From contig CBDCWG010000012.1 in assembly GCA_965223345.1 (NCBI GenBank), forward strand, positions 256,001 to 320,000: a DNA stretch of 64,000 bases, written 5' to 3'. A program made the position numbers and the translations under genes. The DNA comes from Nitrospinales bacterium. GTDB taxonomy: Bacteria > Nitrospinota > Nitrospinia > Nitrospinales > VA-1. Positions 57,785 through 64,000 of the stretch are shown piece by piece; within the stretch, counting starts at the first letter, position 1; each line of letters begins with the position of its first letter. Under the pieces are notes generated by a model. It made no database searches and had not been told where the DNA came from. It saw nothing but the letters and a program-made list of their open reading frames with translations.

Positions 57785-58828
57785 CTATTGGATAACTTTG
57801 AATTCGATGCGTCGGTTCTTGGCTCTGCCTTCCGGGGTGTCGTTGTCCGCAAGAGCCAGCGTTTCTCCGTATCCCTGGATTTCCAGCCGGGCGGGATCCA
57901 ATCCCTTAGACACGAGGTAGTGATAGACCGAGTTGGCCCGGTTGCGGCTCAGGATCATATTGAACTCTGCGTCGCCCTGAGCGTCGGTGTGGCCGCCGAT
58001 CTCCACCTTGACGGTGGGGTATTTCTTCAACACTCCGGAAACCACATCGAGAATGCGGCTGCCCGCCTCGGTGAGATTGGAGCTCAGCTTTTGAAACTTG
58101 ATCTCGGGAAGATCCAGCGACTGCAGGGATTCCTGCGCCTCTTTCATCTGCGCTTCCTGGGTGATGACAACCTCGATCTGATTGTCCACCGCGAGGTCGC
58201 CGCTGAGCGCTTGCGCGTGCTCGCCCAGTATGTCGCGTTTTTTCTTGGAGCTCACCGTACCGGTGAGCAGGACTCCGGCTTCGCTGATCTCCACCGACAA
58301 GGCGTCCGCAGGATCCAGCTGGGATAAAAACTCCGGCAGCGCGTCGGTCCATTGCGGTTCGCGCGCTTTGGAATCGATCCTGAGTTGATCGGCAATGCGT
58401 CCCTGTCCGTAGACCTTGCCAAGCGTTTCCACAACCCGGTCGAGCGATTGCATGTCCGGCAGCACTCCCTCCAGGGACGCCGCGCCTCCGGTCGCCGTCA
58501 ACTTCAGGCTCGAGGGCACCCGCTCGAAGACGTGGAGCTGGTTGACCACCCGTCGCACTCCCCAGAGGCCTTCGGCGGCGGCGATCATTTTTTCCTGATC
58601 CAGCGCCGCATCCATCTCGCCGGAAAAAATCACGTCGCGCCCGTCCACCCGCATGAACACCCGGTTCGGATCGAACCCGACGCCGGTGAGAGCCGCGCTC
58701 ACGCGCGCGGTGAGGTCCGCTTCGATTTTGGGGCCGTGATGCCAGAGACAAAGAATGGGAAGGAGCGTTCCGAAGAGAGTCCAGAACCAGATCATCGTTG
58801 AAGAACCTGAGGATTCAGCTGCCCTCAT
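57785..58828 (-). CDS. BON-domain plus OmpA-C peptidoglycan-binding protein (Rv0899/ArfA-like)
   Basis: TM helix; VDGRDVIFSG..GVRRVVNQL; GHTDAQG..N..LS.NRA; RAKNRRIEF. Confidence 0.88.
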   Translation of the reverse strand: MRAAESSGSSTMIWFWTLFGTLLPILCLWHHGPKIEADLTARVSAALTGVGFDPNRVFMRVDGRDVIFSGEMDAALDQEKMIAAAEGLWGVRRVVNQLHVFERVPSSLKLTATGGAASLEGVLPDMQSLDRVVETLGKVYGQGRIADQLRIDSKAREPQWTDALPEFLSQLDPADALSVEISEAGVLLTGTVSSKKKRDILGEHAQALSGDLAVDNQIEVVITQEAQMKEAQESLQSLDLPEIKFQKLSSNLTEAGSRILDVVSGVLKKYPTVKVEIGGHTDAQGDAEFNMILSRNRANSVYHYLVSKGLDPARLEIQGYGETLALADNDTPEGRAKNRRIEFKVIQ

Positions 58829-59178
58829 TTCACCCTCCAAAAAGGTTTTCAAATCGGTACAGATGATGCAGCTCAAATCGAGGGATATCCCCCCGACGAT
58901 ATGCTCGCCTTAAACTACCAAATAATCAATAATATACAAGCGATTTGAGAGAAGCGTGGACGTGGGAGCCTCCTTAAAAATGGATCGAAACGCAAAATCC
59001 TTTTCTAGGAGTTGGGGTCTGGGGCGTATCTATCAGGAGGTATTTCTCAGTTTTTCTATGTAACTTTCAATTCCGGGAAAGGGTGCAGCTTTTCCGACGG
59101 AGCCTGAAAAATATTTTAACGATCGGCCCTTTGAGCTTCGACAACGGCTCGGAAAGGGCCAGAGAATGTGCAGGGATT

Positions 59179-59379
59179 TTACTTGGGAATCACTTTGGTA
59201 GCCTGAGGCCCTTTCTGCCCCATGCTTTTTTCGAATTCCACCGGCTGGCCTTCCCGCAGTGTTTTGAATCCTTCCACTTGAATTTCGGAATAATGCACGA
59301 AGCAATCTTCGCCTTCGTCGGATTCGATAAAACCATATCCTTTACTTTCGTTAAACCATTTTACCTTTCCATTCGTCAT
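59179..59379 (-). CDS. Cold-shock protein
   Basis: [24 protein letters not shown]. Confidence 0.95.
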   Translation of the reverse strand: MTNGKVKWFNESKGYGFIESDEGEDCFVHYSEIQVEGFKTLREGQPVEFEKSMGQKGPQATKVIPK

Positions 59380-59719
59380 TTCCCAACTCCTCCTCATAGA
59401 TAAAAAATTAGGCCCCCAATACTACCACGATTTGTCCGTTCAAATTAAGGTATATTTTAAATTTAATAAAATTTATTGCCACTCCCGTTGCAACGTTTTG
59501 CTTCGATCCGTCTTGCAGGTGTTGGGAAACACGGTATTCTTATCGGAATCCTTTTAAAATCAATGAGCAAAATTTTCCTTTTTTTCTTTCTCTTCTGCAA
59601 GCGCGGGAGAACGCGCTTTGAAGCAGGTGAAAAAAAAGTTCGAGGCCTTGAGTTTGTGAATCCCGTTTTTAGAATTTCACGATCGTTATGATTTCAGGTT
59701 GTGTGTTGAAGGATCGCTG

Positions 59720-60073
59720 TCAAAACTTGAAAGGCTTGTTGGTCTGCGCATCGCAGCCGCGCGTGCAGGCCCAACGCTTCTCTCCGCAGCGGAACTTGGC
59801 GTCTGCGCTGTCTCCGGCGGAGGACATACAGGATTCGAACTGGGAATCGCATTTCATCAGGCAGGCTCTTTTGTTGAACTCGAGAAGGAACCGGGATTGT
59901 GTGTTTCCACGCTCATAGTGGATTCGGTTGAATGGGGATCCAATGGGATTTTTTTTGAGCAAGCCGGATTCATGCTTGGGGCTCGGAGCGGATTTGAACT
60001 CCTCCGCCGTTGCGAAACCTGTCATTGACAAAATGATCAAAAAAGCGAAAAAGGAAATGCATGCTCGTTTCAT
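59720..60073 (-). CDS. Small secreted protein with a six-Cys C-terminal hairpin
   Basis: Signal peptide; Cx3Cx6C-x13-Cx6Cx3C. Confidence 0.7.
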   Translation of the reverse strand: MKRACISFFAFLIILSMTGFATAEEFKSAPSPKHESGLLKKNPIGSPFNRIHYERGNTQSRFLLEFNKRACLMKCDSQFESCMSSAGDSADAKFRCGEKRWACTRGCDAQTNKPFKF

Positions 60074-60738
60074 TTTTATTCTCCCTCTAAATCCACGATC
60101 GTGTTTTCAAACCGGGCATGCAAACATCAAGACCTCGAACCCGCAATTTTGCACAGATCGGTGGAACTGAATTGGAGATACAAACAGTTTAAACAAACCT
60201 TCCTTTGGTTCTACAGCCCAAGGCCGTAAACAGGCGATCGGGCGATCTTCTGCATTGCCAGGGACCGCAGCGCACCCGCCCATCCAGGAGACAACCGCTC
60301 AAAAAGATTGAAAGAAAAAGATTTGTATTTTCCGGTCAAAAATGATGCCTTAGAGGGGTGGCAACAGTTTCTTCACAAACCGGGAAAATCGCAAGCAGAG
60401 GAAAGCGGAGACGGATTGCAGCGGCAAAGACCGTCCGCTTGTGCGCGGCTGCGATCGGCTCGTGCGGCCGCTTCGCAAGGCCGTTGCCCGCTGTGGGATG
60501 GGCGGAGCCCGCCTGCGGGTCTCGCCCTTTGAGGCCAACTCCATCGAAGTGCGGTCCCCCGACTCAGGGCGGGCGGAGAAAACCGGGGGCATCCCGATCG
60601 TCCCAACCGGACCGGGAGCGGTTTCCGATTGCCGAAGCTTGTGATAACAAGTTTGAATTCATTTCAAGGAACCATTGATAATTCGGACAAAATGTTGTAA
60701 TTTTGGGTATTCCCAAAATGAATCCGAAAGGCGGAGCC

Positions 60739-61446
60739 ATGAAAAAATCCATTTCCCTCATTTTGCTTGTTCTTTTTCTGGCGGGCGGCCCGCAAGTGTT
60801 CGCTGCACAGGAAGAAAAATCCATCGATGAGATCGAAGAGAACGTGAACAACATGCTCAAACTGCTGGAAAACCTGGAAGAGCAGGAAACCGGAGATCCG
60901 AATCAGAACCTGGAAATTCCGGAAGAGACGCTGGCTCCGGAAACCGGGGAGGCGATGGGAGCGGTGCTGGACAACGAGGCGATGGAAAAACCCGAAGCCA
61001 TGATGGCCTCCGAAGCGGTGGAGGAAACGCCCGAACCGGCGAAGGAAGTTCCGGAGGAAAACATCGTGCGCAACGAAACGCCCGCACCGGCCAAAAAAAT
61101 GATCGAGGAAAGCAACGAAGTGGTGCGGTTCGTTCCCAGCGACCCGGACCTGCTGTTCCGGCTGGGTCTGGACCAGTGGAAATCGAAAAACCTGAACGGC
61201 GCGATCGAGCAGTTCGAGGAAGTCGTCCGGCTGGAGCCGGAAAACGCGCACGCCTTCTGGAACCTGGGCCTCATCTTCAAGCAGAAAGGCCAGGGCCAGG
61301 AAGCCGTCGATCACATGAAAAAAGCCGAAGACCTGTACCTGAAATACAATTATTTTTCGTACGCCGAGGAAACCCGGGAGCACCTGGACTCGCTGATCAA
61401 AAAATACAATCTGGACCCCGAGCAATACAAAATGGCGTCCAACTGA
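60739..61446 (+). CDS. Secreted TPR protein with an acidic linker
   Basis: Signal peptide ending VFA; two TPRs; AVDHMKKAEDLY. Confidence 0.82.
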   Translation: MKKSISLILLVLFLAGGPQVFAAQEEKSIDEIEENVNNMLKLLENLEEQETGDPNQNLEIPEETLAPETGEAMGAVLDNEAMEKPEAMMASEAVEETPEPAKEVPEENIVRNETPAPAKKMIEESNEVVRFVPSDPDLLFRLGLDQWKSKNLNGAIEQFEEVVRLEPENAHAFWNLGLIFKQKGQGQEAVDHMKKAEDLYLKYNYFSYAEETREHLDSLIKKYNLDPEQYKMASN

Positions 61447-61526
61447 CCGCGAAGACGGATCGGTTGCGCCCAAACCTTTCGGATTCCATCCACCCTCGTG
61501 GATGTCCCCTCATCTCCGCCTAGGAG

Positions 61527-61560
61527 ACGCGCCTTCCCCCCGGCTCAGGGGAAGGCGCGT
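61527..61560. terminator. Hairpin terminator between convergent genes
   Basis: ACGCGCCTTCCCC / GGGGAAGGCGCGT perfect 13-bp stem. Confidence 0.65.
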
Positions 61561-61599
61561 TCTGTTGTAAAAAATCGATGAAAATTTGAATCGGGCGGG

Positions 61600-62841
61600 T
61601 CAGCGCCTCGCGGCGGCTTTTTTCCAGCTTTCGATCCTGCAGGACTGCCGGTTCAGCACCGGGTGCATGGTGAACAGGGGCGTGTTGTGGGGCACGAACG
61701 CCGTGTCGACGCCCGGACTCAACTGCAGGTGGATGTTCACGTAGTTGAAACTCAAACCTTCCTGCCAGGGTTCCTTGGCGGCATCGGCGTAGGCTTCCAC
61801 CTTGTCGGAGGCATGGCTGCGCGTCATCAGCCCCGAACCTCCCTGCAGCCCGTATTCGAAGAGATCGGGCGCCCCTTCGATCAGCACGGACACCACCGAA
61901 GCGTCGAACCACACCTTGAAATGCGTGACGAGCTGGAAGAAAGGCCCCAGCGTGCCGGACCGCTCGATCACTGCGACGGGATAGACCATCTCCGGCGGCA
62001 CGGCGGGCGGGGTGTCGGATGCGGGGTTGCGGAATTCGGGTTCCTTGACCGCGGACGCGGACACGAACAGCAGGTTCGGGTCGTCCATGGCGATGTCGAG
62101 CACGGTGCCGTCGTGATAGCTCACGAGTTTTCCCATCTCGTACGCCAGGGGAAAGGAGTAGCCCATTTTTGCATAAAAGATGCGGACAATGCCGTCGAGA
62201 GGCTCGTCCGGCTTGCGGCTGATCTTCAAATCGAACGGCATCATCAGGTGGTGCGCGTTGGTGCGGGCGTTCATGAACGGCGCGCAGGCGCCGGAAAATT
62301 CTTTCTGGATGGCCGGGTTGTCCGGGTCGAACTCGCGTTTGGCGCCGGAAAAATGCTGCGCGGTTTTCGCCTCTTTGCTGAGACCGTATTTTTTCTGGTA
62401 GTACTCGGTGGCCCGCTTGGGCGCGATGTCGAGAAAATAGTCCGGCACATCGGTCTCGACGAGAATCCGTTGCGCTTCGGGTTTGCCGGAGCCTTCCGCC
62501 GCGGGGCGCAGGGTCTTGTTGTAGATGTCGATCTCGGCTTTGGTCTTTTGAATGTCCCGTTCCAGGTCGCGGTCGAGCTGCGGGTTGAAAAAGCTGGCCT
62601 TGCCGAGAATCTCCCTGGCTTTTTGCAACAGCTCGACTTTCAGGGTGTAGCGCTTGGGTTCGGCGGCGAGTGCCTGCACGGTGGCCATGTACAGGCCGAA
62701 CTGCTCCTCGGCCATCAGGCCGAGCGCGTCCAGGTCCTGCTCTTTGATGAACGTCATCGCCAGCGGGCCGAACGCCTCCTCGCCGCGGATGTTCAGAGTC
62801 ATCAGATAATTGAGATGCGCTCGCGCTTCTTTTTCGTCCAC
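61600..62841 (-). CDS. Hypothetical protein; C-terminal half DUF6065-like
   Basis: GTG start with GAGGAG RBS; CAPFMNA...MPFDL and VPHNTPLFTMHP motifs. Confidence 0.75.
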   Translation of the reverse strand: MDEKEARAHLNYLMTLNIRGEEAFGPLAMTFIKEQDLDALGLMAEEQFGLYMATVQALAAEPKRYTLKVELLQKAREILGKASFFNPQLDRDLERDIQKTKAEIDIYNKTLRPAAEGSGKPEAQRILVETDVPDYFLDIAPKRATEYYQKKYGLSKEAKTAQHFSGAKREFDPDNPAIQKEFSGACAPFMNARTNAHHLMMPFDLKISRKPDEPLDGIVRIFYAKMGYSFPLAYEMGKLVSYHDGTVLDIAMDDPNLLFVSASAVKEPEFRNPASDTPPAVPPEMVYPVAVIERSGTLGPFFQLVTHFKVWFDASVVSVLIEGAPDLFEYGLQGGSGLMTRSHASDKVEAYADAAKEPWQEGLSFNYVNIHLQLSPGVDTAFVPHNTPLFTMHPVLNRQSCRIESWKKAAARR

Positions 62842-63091
62842 AGTCCACTCCTCAAAGGGCCGTCGTGAACCCCATGCCCGGGTCCGAGTCCCGCAATGTT
62901 TTCCATCCGGTTTTTATAGAAGCGTTCACTATAAACTTTTTTTTCTTCTCCTGTCATCATTTCTTAGGCCGGGCAGGAATTTTCTCACCCCGTAAGGCCG
63001 GGTTTTTCAACCTCGCACACCGGTTTGCATTAGAATGGAAGGCCGGTTTCACCGGAGCGTTCTATCGCCCTTCCAAATGGGAATTTCGGAC

Positions 63092-64000
63092 ATGAGACTT
63101 GCGCTGCACTGGCAGATTCTGATCGCGATGGCCCTGGCCGTGGTGTTCGCCTGGGCGCTGGGCGACGCTTCGCGGTTTGTGGAACCCTTGGGCACGCTTT
63201 TCATCCGCCTGTTGAAGATGCTCATCGTGCCGCTGGTAGTGCTGTCGCTGGTGTTCGGCGTCGCGGGGGTGGGCGATGCGAAAAACCTCGGCCGGCTGGG
63301 GATCAAGACGTTTTGCTATTACATCGCCACCAGCCTCATTGCCATCCTGACCGGCCTGGTGCTGGTCAACGCGATCCATCCCGGCGAAGGCGCGGACCTG
63401 GTGACCACCGAGGCCTTTTCGCCCGAGAGCCTGCAACAACCGGGCGGCGCGTCGGATCTGCTGTTGCGCATCGTCCCGGAAAACCCGATCGCTGCCGCGG
63501 CGGAGGGGGACATGCTGGGGATCATCTTCTTTTCGATCCTGTTCGGCTTCGCGCTGGGTCAGCTGCAACCGCTCTACCGCGACCGGCTGATGCCCTGGGT
63601 GGAGGCGGCGTTCCACGCCGTCATGAAGCTCACCCACTTCGTCATCCTGCTCGCCCCCCTCGGCGTGTTCGGCCTGATCGTGGGCATGATGAACCACTCG
63701 ATGGGAACGGGCTTCTTCAAGGCGGTGGGCTGGTACATGATCACCATCGCGGCCGGCCTCACGCTGCATTTTTTCGTGACGCTGCCGCTCATCTACTGGC
63801 TGTTTCTCAGAAAAAACCCGCTGCGCGCCTACGGTTACATGGCCAGCGCGCTCGCCACGGTGTTCGCCACCAGCTCCTCGGCGGCCACGCTGCCTGTCAC
63901 GATGGAATGCGTCGAGAAAAACGCCGGGGTGTCCAACAAGATCGCCAGCTTCGTGCTGCCCATGGGCGCGACGGTCAACATGGACGGCACGGCGCTGTTC
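63092..64000 (+). CDS. Dicarboxylate/amino acid:cation symporter (DAACS), runs off window
   Basis: Manual translation [13 protein letters not shown]...[13 protein letters not shown]...[11 protein letters not shown]...[14 protein letters not shown]. Confidence 0.93.
   Translation, partial: MRLALHWQILIAMALAVVFAWALGDASRFVEPLGTLFIRLLKMLIVPLVVLSLVFGVAGVGDAKNLGRLGIKTFCYYIATSLIAILTGLVLVNAIHPGEGADLVTTEAFSPESLQQPGGASDLLLRIVPENPIAAAAEGDMLGIIFFSILFGFALGQLQPLYRDRLMPWVEAAFHAVMKLTHFVILLAPLGVFGLIVGMMNHSMGTGFFKAVGWYMITIAAGLTLHFFVTLPLIYWLFLRKNPLRAYGYMASALATVFATSSSAATLPVTMECVEKNAGVSNKIASFVLPMGATVNMDGTALF

Noticed and set aside
62860..63090. Amino-acid riboswitch before the DAACS symporter
   Set aside because: Hairpins are present, but no glycine, lysine or SAM consensus elements were recognised

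Overview
GC-rich bacterial chromosomal segment, most likely from a nitrite-oxidising Nitrospinota (Nitrospina-like) organism. This is inferred from a five-subunit-type 2-oxoacid:ferredoxin oxidoreductase (forDAB-like), a Na+-translocating oadABG cluster and an NxrC-like diheme cytochrome. No integrase, transposase, CRISPR array or rRNA is visible. The left half is mostly housekeeping: rnhA, mltA, pcm, two AsmA-like proteins, hflKC-trkAH, oadABG, rlmB and rpsU. The right half is accessory-rich: an MHYT two-component pair, a DUF1566/cytochrome cluster, an orphan nuoB, tRNA-Leu(TAA), a photolyase-SelO-MsrA stress cluster, many TPR/ankyrin/LRR/MORN/NHL repeat proteins, a BON-OmpA plus coiled-coil/HhH pair, csp and a DAACS symporter. 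The best leads are: (1) a module that occurs twice, with a six-Cys secreted protein divergent from a paralogous secreted TPR protein across a structured intergenic region; (2) an Arf (Rv0899)-like envelope operon with a 42-aa repeat rod; (3) a CxxCH+HExxH protein behind the NxrC-like cytochrome; (4) a triple-hairpin dispersed repeat family; (5) a possible attenuator ahead of oadABG. All family assignments come from motif recognition, not database searches.
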